A DNA stretch of 57,302 bases from the NCBI GenBank assembly GCA_964652615.1, contig CAZZAT010000003.1, forward strand, positions 1-57,302. Reading direction: 5' to 3'. The position numbers and the translations under genes were made by a program. Positions 11,425 to 20,221 of this stretch are shown one piece after another. How positions within the stretch are numbered: the first letter of the stretch is position 1; the number at the start of each line of letters is the position of its first letter. The notes beneath the pieces were generated by a model. The model had not been told where the DNA came from, made no database searches, and was given only the letters and a program-made list of their open reading frames with translations. The DNA comes from an uncultured Candidatus Saccharibacteria bacterium (GTDB lineage Bacteria; Patescibacteriota; Minisyncoccia; Phycocordibacterales; Phycocordibacteraceae).

Positions 11425-11456
11425 ACCGCCGCGGCATGCATGCCGCGGCGGTTTTC
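11425..11456 (+). terminator. perfect 28-bp palindrome / terminator
   Basis: ACCGCCGCGGCATG|CATGCCGCGGCGGT (11425-11452) followed by TTT. Confidence 0.65.
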
Positions 11457-11480
11457 ATTGCATGCTATACTGCCCCTACT

Positions 11481-11711
11481 ATGGGACTACAGAATTTTCT
11501 TGTGCGACAGGTTGCAAAAGCAAAGATGAAAGATGTGCCGGAAGCGCAGCGCGAGCAGCTTCTTACGCTTCTTGAAAAGAATCCTGATCTTATGAAAAAG
11601 ATAGGAGAGGAAATAGAGCGGCGCACTAAAAAGGGCGGCGAACCACAGATGAAAGCAACGATGGAGGTCATGAAGAAGTATCGTGCTGAACTAGCTGAAT
11701 TGATGCGATGA
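11481..11711 (+). CDS. small helical hypothetical protein (76 aa)
   Basis: MGLQNFLVRQVAKAKMKDVPEAQREQLL...; TATACT box 9 nt upstream; stop overlaps the next start. Confidence 0.75.
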   Translation: MGLQNFLVRQVAKAKMKDVPEAQREQLLTLLEKNPDLMKKIGEEIERRTKKGGEPQMKATMEVMKKYRAELAELMR

Positions 11712-12304
11712 GACGCAAGAAAATATACATACTGCTCGGGAATCCCGACAAAGAAGGAACGCTCGGCAATGAGCTTGCGTCAGCATATGAAGGAGCAGCA
11801 CTTGCTGCAGGGCATGAGGTGCGACGTTCAAACATTGGCGATCTTTCCTTTGACCCTATTTTGCATAAAGGATATCGAGCTATTCAGGAGCTTGAACCGG
11901 ACTTGAAACAGGTACAGGAAGATATCAAGTGGTGCGATCACTTTGTACTCGTGTATCCGCTCTGGTGGTCTTCTGCTCCTTCTTTACTGAAAGGAATGAT
12001 AGACCGGATGTGGCTTCCTGCCTTTGCCTTCCGCTTCATTAAAGGATCTGACGGCAAGACAACGATGGGCTGGCAGAAGCTTTTGAAGGGCAAGACAGCA
12101 CGCGTTGTCGTTACCTTAAAGAATCTTCCTATTGTCGAGCGCTTTATGTTTGGCGACTACTCTGCAGAGATAGTCGATGCAGTGCTTCGCTTTTCAGGAG
12201 TCAAAGTATTCCTAACCGAAGTAGGGAATGCGGAAGCGCTTTCGGATGGGCAGAAAAAGGCTTGGCTAAAGCGCATATCTCGGTACGCTCGTCGGGGGGC
12301 TTGA
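11708..12304 (+). CDS. NAD(P)H-dependent oxidoreductase, flavodoxin-like fold (KefF/MdaB family)
   Basis: ILLGNPDK, WCDHFVLVYPLWWSSAPSLLKGMIDR, LLKGKTA. Confidence 0.9.
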   Translation: MRRKKIYILLGNPDKEGTLGNELASAYEGAALAAGHEVRRSNIGDLSFDPILHKGYRAIQELEPDLKQVQEDIKWCDHFVLVYPLWWSSAPSLLKGMIDRMWLPAFAFRFIKGSDGKTTMGWQKLLKGKTARVVVTLKNLPIVERFMFGDYSAEIVDAVLRFSGVKVFLTEVGNAEALSDGQKKAWLKRISRYARRGA

Positions 12305-12329
12305 CAAAATATAGGGCACGTGATACCTT
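12301..12329 (+). promoter_or_regulatory. sigma70-type promoter
   Basis: TTGACA-17 nt-TACCTT with TG extension. Confidence 0.6.
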
Positions 12330-12333
12330 ATGT

Positions 12334-12495
12334 GAGCTGTGCGGGTACGTGGTCTGACCTTCCAGCCGCAGGCAGCCGCCTAAAAACGGTATCCACGTTG
12401 TCAGGGGAAGCGTGCTTGAGATGCACCCCCGAAGTTTTTGTTCTCATGATAGTTAAAGCAGTGAAGCCCTCACAGAAATGTGGGGGCTTTTTCTA
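12334..12495 (+). ncRNA. candidate structured non-coding RNA (possibly 6S/SsrS-like)
   Basis: Promoter at 12301, several complementary segments, terminator AAGCCCTCACA-gaaa-TGTGGGGGCTTTTT at 12464-12492, no convincing ORF. Confidence 0.45.
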
Positions 12496-12530
12496 TTTTC
12501 ATTTACTCGTTCATCCTGTACTCTCATCTG

Positions 12531-13628
12531 ATGCTTAAGATAGGTATCGTCGGACTCCCAAACGTCGGCAAATCGACGCTTTTTAATGCGCTCACCAAAG
12601 CGGCAGTGCCTGCTGAAAACTACCCGTTCTGCACCATAGACCCATCAGTGGGTGTCGTTGGGGTTCCTGACGAGCGCCTCACGAAGCTTGCAGAACTCTC
12701 ACAGAGCGAGAAGACCATTCCTGCTGCCATAGAGTTTGTTGATATTGCAGGTCTTGTGAAGGGTGCTTCTGAAGGCGAAGGGCTCGGGAATCAATTCCTT
12801 GCAAATATTCGCGAATGCGATGCGGTGCTTCAGATGGTGCGCTTTTTTGATGACCCAGATGTTACCCATGTGCACGGAGACGTTGATCCGGTGCGTGATA
12901 TTGAAGTCATTAATCTTGAACTTACGCTTGCTGACCGTGAACAGGCAGCGTCTCGCAAAGAGAAGCTTGCGCGTGAGATACGCGCAGGCGTCAAAGAAGC
13001 GGTGCTTGAAGACGCAACGCTTGCAAAGCTTTTGCAGGCTTTGGATGCAGGTAAGCTTGCGCGTTCAGTTGAGCTCACTGAAGAAGAGCGTAAATCCGTA
13101 CAACATCTCCACCTCCTTACCCTAAAGCCCATCCTCTACGCATTTAACGGCAAGACAGGAGGGCACACGCTCTCTGAAATGAATGATGGGCGTGCACAAG
13201 CTGCGTATGAATATGTAGAGTCGCTTGGTTCCTCGTATGTGCATGTAGATGCGCGCACCGAGCATGAACTAAATGATGTTGCAGAGAGCGACAAGGAAGG
13301 ATTTCGTCAGGAGCTTGGCGTGCAGGTAGACGGCCTTGTTGATCTTATTCGTGGCGCATACAAGACGCTTGGCCTCATTACCTTCTTTACCACGGGTCCA
13401 AAAGAATCACGAGCATGGACGGTATCGCTTGGTGCATCTGCTCCAGAAGCTGGCGCTAAGATTCATAACGACTTTAAGGATAAGTTCATACGCGCTGAAG
13501 TTATCGGATGGGATACACTGCTTTCTGACGGCTCATACGCTGTTGCGCGAGAAAAAGGGCATGTACGCACTGAAGGAAAGACGTACATCGTCAAAGACGG
13601 GGATGTGATGGTGTTTTTGCATTCGTAG
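12531..13628 (+). CDS. ychF: redox-regulated ATPase YchF
   Basis: GIVGLPNVGKSTLFNALT, NYPFCTIDP, DIAGLVKGASEGEGLGNQFL, C-terminal TGS domain. Confidence 0.98.
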   Translation: MLKIGIVGLPNVGKSTLFNALTKAAVPAENYPFCTIDPSVGVVGVPDERLTKLAELSQSEKTIPAAIEFVDIAGLVKGASEGEGLGNQFLANIRECDAVLQMVRFFDDPDVTHVHGDVDPVRDIEVINLELTLADREQAASRKEKLAREIRAGVKEAVLEDATLAKLLQALDAGKLARSVELTEEERKSVQHLHLLTLKPILYAFNGKTGGHTLSEMNDGRAQAAYEYVESLGSSYVHVDARTEHELNDVAESDKEGFRQELGVQVDGLVDLIRGAYKTLGLITFFTTGPKESRAWTVSLGASAPEAGAKIHNDFKDKFIRAEVIGWDTLLSDGSYAVAREKGHVRTEGKTYIVKDGDVMVFLHS

Positions 13629-13654
13629 GATTCGAAAAAACGACCACATCGCAT

Positions 13655-14101
13655 ATGAAATATTTTGCTTATGGTTCAAACATGAACCAAGAACAAATGA
13701 AAAAGAGATGTCCAGATGCAATGCTTGTTGGTCCGGCTTTTCTGCACGATTATAAAATAGCTTTTACTATTTTTTCTAAAAAAAGGAATTGTGGTTGCGC
13801 AGATATTATTCAGTCAACCGGGGATGTGGTGTGGGGCTTGCTCTATGAGGTATCAGAAAGTGACCTTATGAATTTAGATAAAGAAGAAGGGCATCCAAAT
13901 CACTATAAACGCTTCCAAGTTGAAGTTAGAGACACCAATGAACAATCCCACATAGCAGAGACCTATGAGGTTGCCACTAAAGAGGCGGATTTCCTCAAAC
14001 CTTCGAAAGAATATCTTGGTCTTATGGTTGATGCCGCGATTACTTTTAATTTTCCAGCAGAATATCGAAATTATATTTCTAAAATTGAGACTTCTGATTA
14101 G
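13655..14101 (+). CDS. gamma-glutamylcyclotransferase (AIG2-like) family protein
   Basis: YFAYGSNM, VWGLLYEV, LDKEEG..Y motifs; visibly AT-rich. Confidence 0.88.
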   Translation: MKYFAYGSNMNQEQMKKRCPDAMLVGPAFLHDYKIAFTIFSKKRNCGCADIIQSTGDVVWGLLYEVSESDLMNLDKEEGHPNHYKRFQVEVRDTNEQSHIAETYEVATKEADFLKPSKEYLGLMVDAAITFNFPAEYRNYISKIETSD

Positions 14102-14112
14102 TGGAACAAACG

Positions 14113-15078
14113 CTACGCAGCGCTCGTGTCAGACGCAGACAAAAGGAAAGCAAAAGCAGCAGACTTCTTCGGGTAGTGGGCAGACTGCTCTTTATAGTGA
14201 GGATCAAAACTACCGTCCTCCGCAGCCCGTGTCATTGCTTCAAAGACGTCATAGCCCTGCAGGTTTCGACGTGGCTTCTTGGCGAACTCTTGTACGACTG
14301 AAATCATATTTCCAATACCTGTTTGGTAGGCATTCACAAGACATAGTGAGAGAAAGGTAGTGCGAAAGGCAGCTTCGTCGTTGAAGTAGAGTTCCTGTAT
14401 CTTTGAAAGTGCTTTTCTAGCATCTTTAGTGATGATGTTGTAGCTGTCAGTGAGCAGTCTTCTCGTGAACTCCACCTGTATCTTCAGTTTCTTCATATCT
14501 GCTTGTGTATATCCATAGAGCGTATACGTTTCCGGCATTGCTTGCGCAATGAATTGTGCTCCTACACCACTTTCAAGGTCGTTTCGATACTTTGATTCTT
14601 CTGCAAACATGCCGGTTACATAGAAAGAGAGTTCTTGGCGAATATCAGGAGGGATAGCATTAGCTCCTCTCATTACTTCCTCGCGCACATAGTCTATGCG
14701 CGAGCGCCCAGCATCATCGCCTATAGTCCTTGCCCTGCCGTTTTCAGGATGAAGAGCAAGCGCAAGTTCATCGCCGCGGTACTTTTTGATGTATTCCTCT
14801 AGGCGTTCCATGAAAAGCGGGGAATCTGCCATGATAGTGAGACGTTCTTTTACCTCAAGAGGGATGCGAGAAAGCTCCTCTTCGTTCAGTACGTCTTGTG
14901 TAGGAGTGTCGGTATCAAAAAGCTCCTTAACAGTTCCGGCAACAACCGCAGCGCCGCCAAAACCTGCAAGAACACGCAGTACGCCCCGCCTTGTTGCTTT
15001 GTCGAGCTCTTCTTTTGGAGCTTCTGTCTTCTTCGTATTTCCCAAGGCTGACCCGAATAGTTCCATTTTCCGTCTCAT
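14113..15078 (-). CDS. putative exported lytic transglycosylase (SLT-like)
   Basis: RRGVL plus hydrophobic segment; AEESKY...SGVGAQFIAQAMPET and NAYQTGIG resemble SLT motifs ES / GAxGLMQxMPxT / AYNxG. Confidence 0.55.
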   Translation of the reverse strand: MRRKMELFGSALGNTKKTEAPKEELDKATRRGVLRVLAGFGGAAVVAGTVKELFDTDTPTQDVLNEEELSRIPLEVKERLTIMADSPLFMERLEEYIKKYRGDELALALHPENGRARTIGDDAGRSRIDYVREEVMRGANAIPPDIRQELSFYVTGMFAEESKYRNDLESGVGAQFIAQAMPETYTLYGYTQADMKKLKIQVEFTRRLLTDSYNIITKDARKALSKIQELYFNDEAAFRTTFLSLCLVNAYQTGIGNMISVVQEFAKKPRRNLQGYDVFEAMTRAAEDGSFDPHYKEQSAHYPKKSAAFAFLLSASDTSAA

Positions 15079-15127
15079 AGGAGAGAGTATATAGCCAAAA
15101 GGCCTTCGTGTTATAATGCACTCCACT

Positions 15128-15646
15128 ATGGCTACCCACCCTAAATTCGTCCGCTGGGCACTCCTTATCGGTATTGTGATTGCACTCAACCTCTTTTTTG
15201 TTGCAGCACGTTCTTTGGTGATTGCAGAACCGCAGTATGATGATTTTTGTCCGACAGGAGCATATGTTGATGAAGAAATGTGTATCGCGCAGGGTGGTAT
15301 GTGGGTACAAGATACCCAAAGGGAAGGTCTTCTTAATAAGGCTGGATACTGTGAATTAGGTGAACTGTACCAGAAATGCCAGCCCGTATATGAAGATGCG
15401 CGCGCAGACTACGAGATGTACGCCTTTGTTCTCATGGTAGGACTTGGTGTCCTTTCGCTTATTGCAGGTGTGATTCCTATGGGCTCCTCTATCGTTTCTT
15501 CAGGACTTTCCTATGGCGGCGTACTTGCACTTCTTATTGCAGCAGGAGGCTACTGGGGTGAAGCGGGGAATTTGGTGAAGCTTGGCATGTCGCTTGTTGC
15601 TCTTATTGCTCTCATATATGTCGGAATCAAGCGCTTTAGAGACTAA
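15128..15646 (+). CDS. hypothetical membrane protein (4 TM, Cys-containing external loop)
   Basis: One N-terminal TM, loop with four Cys, three C-terminal TMs; TATAAT upstream. Confidence 0.8.
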   Translation: MATHPKFVRWALLIGIVIALNLFFVAARSLVIAEPQYDDFCPTGAYVDEEMCIAQGGMWVQDTQREGLLNKAGYCELGELYQKCQPVYEDARADYEMYAFVLMVGLGVLSLIAGVIPMGSSIVSSGLSYGGVLALLIAAGGYWGEAGNLVKLGMSLVALIALIYVGIKRFRD

Positions 15647-15668
15647 TAAAAAAGGGTACCGTCTTGAG

Positions 15669-16157
15669 ATGTACAAAGATACAGGTGAGCCTTTGTTCAT
15701 CGACACTACCCCTGAAGGAGCTGTAAAAGAAGGGAAAGAAACAATCGAGCGCCAAGCAATTATGGCGATAGTGCGCAATCCTTCTACTAATGAATACCTT
15801 GGCCTTACGTGGAAGAAGATTGACTGGAAAACGCTTATTACCGGAGGAGTTGAAGAGGGACAAACACCCGAAGAAGCTGCGCGCGAAGAAATACTGCAGG
15901 AGACGGGATATAAAAACCTTTGCATGGTTAAGCAACTTACCAATGTGCACTCAATCTTTTATCACGGACCAAAAGGCGTGAATCGTCTCGCACACTTTAG
16001 TGTGCTGTATTTCGAACTTGAGAATGAAGAGCGAGAATCTATTACTGATGAGGAAAAGGAAAACCACGACCCTTCGTGGTTAAGTGCAGAAAAGATGGAT
16101 TCTTTTGGACTACTTCCTGCACATCAGTTCTCATGGAACGAACTTATGGGGAAGTAA
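15669..16157 (+). CDS. stand-alone NUDIX hydrolase
   Basis: Nudix-box-like GGVEEGQTPEEAAREEILQETGY. Confidence 0.85.
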   Translation: MYKDTGEPLFIDTTPEGAVKEGKETIERQAIMAIVRNPSTNEYLGLTWKKIDWKTLITGGVEEGQTPEEAAREEILQETGYKNLCMVKQLTNVHSIFYHGPKGVNRLAHFSVLYFELENEERESITDEEKENHDPSWLSAEKMDSFGLLPAHQFSWNELMGK

Positions 16158-16160
16158 CGT

Positions 16161-19049
16161 ATGGCGAAGGAACGTTTTGATCACAAAGCGATAGAGCAAG
16201 CTGCTGCAGAGAAATGGGCGGCGCAAGACCTCTATCGCTCAACTGAAGACGCAAGCAAGGAGAAAGTGTATGTGCTTGATATGTTCCCGTATCCGTCAGG
16301 TGAAGGCCTTCACGTGGGACATCCAAAAGGGTATATCGCAACCGATATCTACTCCCGCATGCAGCGGATGAAGGGAAAGGCAGTTTTGCACCCCATGGGA
16401 TGGGATGCGTTTGGCTTGCCTGCGGAAAACTACGCCTTAAAGCATAAAGTGCATCCGCGAAAAGCGGTAGAGAAGAATATTGAGAATTTCAAAGGCCAGC
16501 TTTCGCGTATTGGTTTTGATTACGACTGGTCTCGAGAAATCAATACAACAGACCCTACGTACTACCACTTCACGCAGTGGATCTTCTTGAAGTTCTTTGA
16601 GCAAGGCCTTGCCTATCAGTCTGATGAACCCATTAACTGGTGTCCGTCGTGTTTAACAGGTCTCGCAAATGAAGACCTTGATGGCACGACCTGCGAACGT
16701 TGTGGCTCTGAAGTCGAGAAGAAAAAACTCCCGCAGTGGGTACTCAAAATTCGCGAATATGCGGATCGTCTTCTCGCTGATCTTGATACGCTTGACTGGC
16801 CAGAGCACATTAAAGAAGCACAGAGGAATTGGATAGGAAGGAGCAAGGGTGCGACTATTGATTTTGCGCTCTCATTCAAGAAAAACGTTGAAGCAAACTC
16901 GTGGAAAGACAAAGACGGCAAGCCTGCGCACATCTCAGTGTTTACTACCCGTCCAGATACACTTTTCGGCGCAACCTATGTCGTACTCGCTCCAGAGCAT
17001 CCGTGGGTGCGTGCTGTCTTCGACACGCCGCATGATGATGTTATTACTAACAAAGAGGAGGTTGCAGTATATGTAGCAACGGCGAATAAGAAGACAGAGC
17101 GTGAGCGTCTTGAGAACAAAGAAAAGACTGGAGTCTGTCTTGAAGGTGTTGTGGCGATTAATCCTGCGACCAAGGAAGAGATTCCGGTATATGTTGCAGA
17201 CTATGTCCTTTCTACGTATGGCACAGGCGCAGTGATGGCGGTGCCAGCCCACGATGAGCGTGATTATGCGTTTGCGAAGAAGTTTGATCTTCCACTGCGC
17301 CAAGTGGTGGTGCCGTGCGCTGTTGATACAGGCAATCCGCCACAGGACGGTTTTCCTGAAGTAAAGCGCAACACGGTAATTGTGCACGTGCGTGATACGA
17401 CAACAGGCAAGTATGCGCTCCTTGATTGGCATGGAACGCTTGAGGGTATTACCACAGCCATTATGGGCGGTATTGAAGAAGGGCAAACACCCGAAGAGGC
17501 TGCGCTTGCTGAAATCAGAGAAGAAGCGGGACTAGAAAATGCGCGCATAGTGCGCATGGCGCCATGGATAACCGCTGCAAAGTACTGCGCATCTCATAAA
17601 CAGCAGAATCGCACTGCACATGCCTACGGTTTTCTTGCAGAAGTAGACGGACTTGGTGATCAGAAAGAAACAGATGCATACGAACAAGACACCCATACCC
17701 TTGTCTGGGTAGATGAGAAAGATATTGCTGCACGCCTCACGCCAGAGCACCAAAAGCTCGTATGGCGACTCTTAAACGATGCAGAACCTTTGACTAGTGA
17801 TGGCTATCTTATTAATTCAGGAGAATATGATGGGCGCGATAATCGGGAAGTGGCGGACGACATCATTAAGCAAGTAGGTGGCGAAGCTACGGTGCAGTAC
17901 AAAATCCAAGACTGGGTCTTTTCCCGCCAGCGTTATTGGGGAGAACCTATTCCCATCATTCATTGCCCAAAAGACGGCGCTGTTGCGGTGCCCTATGAAG
18001 ATTTGCCCGTTCTTCTTCCTGAAGTGTCGCACTATGAGCCTACCGGCACAGGAGAGTCGCCGCTTGCCGCAATTGAGTCATGGGTGAATGTACCGTGTCC
18101 TAAATGCGGTGCAGACAGCAAGCGCGAGACAAACACTATGCCGCAGTGGGCAGGCTCTTCGTGGTACTACCTGCGTTTTATGGATCCGCATAATGCGGAG
18201 GAAGCGGTTGCGCGCGAGAAGGAGCAGTACTGGGGTCCGGTGGATGTATACGTAGGAGGAGATCATGCAGTGCGCCATCTTATTTATGCGCGTTTCTGGC
18301 ATAAATTCCTGTATGACATTGGCTTGGTTTCAACAAGTGAGCCATTCAAGCGTCTCGAGTTTCTTGGCTTTATCTTAGCTGAAGACGGCAGAAAGATGAG
18401 CAAGCGCTACGGGAATGTCATCAATCCTGATGATGTGGTTGAAGAGCATGGCGCAGACGCCTTCCGCACCTATTCCATGTTCATGGGACCTTTTGAAAAC
18501 ACCATTGCATGGAGTACTGCCTCTATTAGCGGCACAGCACGCTTCATTTCGCGCGTCTATAACGCTCGCACGCTTGTGAGTGAGGAAGCGCCTTCACTTG
18601 TTGCTTTGGCGCATAAGACCGTGCAGAAAGTGGGAGAGGATATCGAAGCGTTTAAGTTCAATACGGCAGTAAGTCAGATGATGATCTTCTTGAATGCCAT
18701 TGAAAAAGAAGGAAGTGTAGGAAGAACTGAATGGAGTATGTTTGTACGTGCGCTTGCACCGTTTGCTCCTTACCTTACCGAAACGCTTTGGGAAGAGCTT
18801 GGTGAGGAAGGTAGCGTACATCATGCGTCGTGGCCTACCGTAGACGCACAGTATCTACAGCAAGACGAGGTGAAAATTGCCGTACAGGTAAACGGAAAGA
18901 GAAAGGGAGAAGTAGTGCTTTCGGTAGATGCTTCCGAAGAGGAGGCAAGAACAGCAGCCCTCTTACTCCCAGCGCTTTCTGGAGTCGAGGTCCAGAAATT
19001 CATTTATGTCCCTGCAAAAGTTATCAACATAGTCTCGAAAAAGGCCTGA
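16161..19049 (+). CDS. leuS: leucine--tRNA ligase with NUDIX insertion in the editing domain
   Basis: MFPYPSGEGLHVGH, TTRPDT, GTGAVMAVPAHDERD, SRQRYWGEPIP, KMSKR; insert ~17310-17785 with GGIEEGQTPEEAALAEIREEAGL. Confidence 0.98.
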   Translation: MAKERFDHKAIEQAAAEKWAAQDLYRSTEDASKEKVYVLDMFPYPSGEGLHVGHPKGYIATDIYSRMQRMKGKAVLHPMGWDAFGLPAENYALKHKVHPRKAVEKNIENFKGQLSRIGFDYDWSREINTTDPTYYHFTQWIFLKFFEQGLAYQSDEPINWCPSCLTGLANEDLDGTTCERCGSEVEKKKLPQWVLKIREYADRLLADLDTLDWPEHIKEAQRNWIGRSKGATIDFALSFKKNVEANSWKDKDGKPAHISVFTTRPDTLFGATYVVLAPEHPWVRAVFDTPHDDVITNKEEVAVYVATANKKTERERLENKEKTGVCLEGVVAINPATKEEIPVYVADYVLSTYGTGAVMAVPAHDERDYAFAKKFDLPLRQVVVPCAVDTGNPPQDGFPEVKRNTVIVHVRDTTTGKYALLDWHGTLEGITTAIMGGIEEGQTPEEAALAEIREEAGLENARIVRMAPWITAAKYCASHKQQNRTAHAYGFLAEVDGLGDQKETDAYEQDTHTLVWVDEKDIAARLTPEHQKLVWRLLNDAEPLTSDGYLINSGEYDGRDNREVADDIIKQVGGEATVQYKIQDWVFSRQRYWGEPIPIIHCPKDGAVAVPYEDLPVLLPEVSHYEPTGTGESPLAAIESWVNVPCPKCGADSKRETNTMPQWAGSSWYYLRFMDPHNAEEAVAREKEQYWGPVDVYVGGDHAVRHLIYARFWHKFLYDIGLVSTSEPFKRLEFLGFILAEDGRKMSKRYGNVINPDDVVEEHGADAFRTYSMFMGPFENTIAWSTASISGTARFISRVYNARTLVSEEAPSLVALAHKTVQKVGEDIEAFKFNTAVSQMMIFLNAIEKEGSVGRTEWSMFVRALAPFAPYLTETLWEELGEEGSVHHASWPTVDAQYLQQDEVKIAVQVNGKRKGEVVLSVDASEEEARTAALLLPALSGVEVQKFIYVPAKVINIVSKKA

Positions 19050-19097
19050 AACGGGGGTACTTGCGGGGTTATAGACCGTCTGGTATAATTACAACAC

Positions 19098-20171
19098 ATG
19101 ACTATGAAAGCCAAGAAATCAGCCGTTTCTTCGAAGAAGCGCTCGGGGAAGCCAGCGTTTGATAGTTCTGCGCTTATTAAAAAACTGCTTACTGATATTT
19201 CAGAGCGCGGCCGCGAAGTTCTTACGCTTCGCTTCGGGCTTGGTACCTCTGCTACGCGCGAGACCCTTGAGTCTATTGGCGAGCGCTGGAGCATTACCCG
19301 CGAGCGCGTGCGCCAGATAGAAGCATCTGCGCTTGAGGCAGTGCGCGGTTCAAGGGCGTTCAAGGATGCTGAAAAGCAGTTTAACGAGCTTGCAACGTTT
19401 GTTGATTCTCTTGGCGCAATTATTCCTGAAGACCACCTCCTTGATGAGCTTGCAGACGATGAGAAGGGCCGTAACCGCTTCCGTTTCCTCCTTGTTGTTG
19501 GTAGCGAGTTCTTTCGCGAGCGCGAAACCGATGAATTCTATGCTCGCTGGCACGTTGATCATGCAACTGCAAAGCGTGTGCACAAAGCACTCTCATCTTT
19601 GTACTCATCTCTTTCAGATACCGAAGTGCTTTCTGAAAGCGAACTCTTCAGCCGCTTTGTTGCAGAGCTGAAAGATGTTGAGACTGCATACCGCAATGAG
19701 GAGGTTTTGAAGCGCTGGCTCTCTCTTTCAAAGAATATTTCGTCTAACCCGCTTGCTGAATGGGGCAAGGCACATGCGCCGTCTATTCGCACCAAAGGTA
19801 TTCGCGATTATGCCTACCTTGTGATTAAGCGCGCTGGTGCGCCTATGCACTTCCGCGATGTGGCGAACACCATTACCGAGCTTTTTGCAAAGAAAGCCCA
19901 TGTTGCTACAACGCACAACGAGCTCATGAAGGACGAGCGCTTTGTGCTCGTAGGCCGCGGCCTCTATGCTCTCTCTGAATGGGGGTATAAGCCAGGCGTC
20001 GTACGCGATGTTATCCGCGATGTGCTTAAGGCTGGCGGTGCTATGAGCCGTGATCAGATTGTTGCCGCAGTGAAGAAGGTTCGTTATGTTAAAGACAATA
20101 CGATTCTCGTAAACCTTTCCGACCCGCGCTACTTCAAGCGCAACAAAAATGGCACCTATGCTCTTGCGTAA
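19098..20171 (+). CDS. sigma-70 region 4 plus C-terminal winged-HTH (HARE-HTH-like) protein
   Basis: LRFGL...TLESIGERWSITRERVRQIE (sigma r4); C-terminal PMHFRDVA...HNELMKDERFVLVGRGLYALSEWG; no sigma region 2 seen. Confidence 0.8.
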   Translation: MTMKAKKSAVSSKKRSGKPAFDSSALIKKLLTDISERGREVLTLRFGLGTSATRETLESIGERWSITRERVRQIEASALEAVRGSRAFKDAEKQFNELATFVDSLGAIIPEDHLLDELADDEKGRNRFRFLLVVGSEFFRERETDEFYARWHVDHATAKRVHKALSSLYSSLSDTEVLSESELFSRFVAELKDVETAYRNEEVLKRWLSLSKNISSNPLAEWGKAHAPSIRTKGIRDYAYLVIKRAGAPMHFRDVANTITELFAKKAHVATTHNELMKDERFVLVGRGLYALSEWGYKPGVVRDVIRDVLKAGGAMSRDQIVAAVKKVRYVKDNTILVNLSDPRYFKRNKNGTYALA

Positions 20172-20172
20172 G

Positions 20173-20206
20173 CAACACACGCCTCCGCAAGGAGGCGTTT
20201 TGCTTT
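20173..20206 (+). terminator. intrinsic terminator
   Basis: ACGCCTCC-gcaa-GGAGGCGT followed by TTTGCTTT. Confidence 0.7.
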
Positions 20207-20221
20207 GCTATACTTGCAGTC

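Noticed and set aside
12340-12398. Active HDV-like self-cleaving ribozyme
   Set aside because: The topology can be drawn, but P1 is only 5 bp and starts with U-A, and J4/2 lacks the catalytic C. Kept only as an alternative fold.
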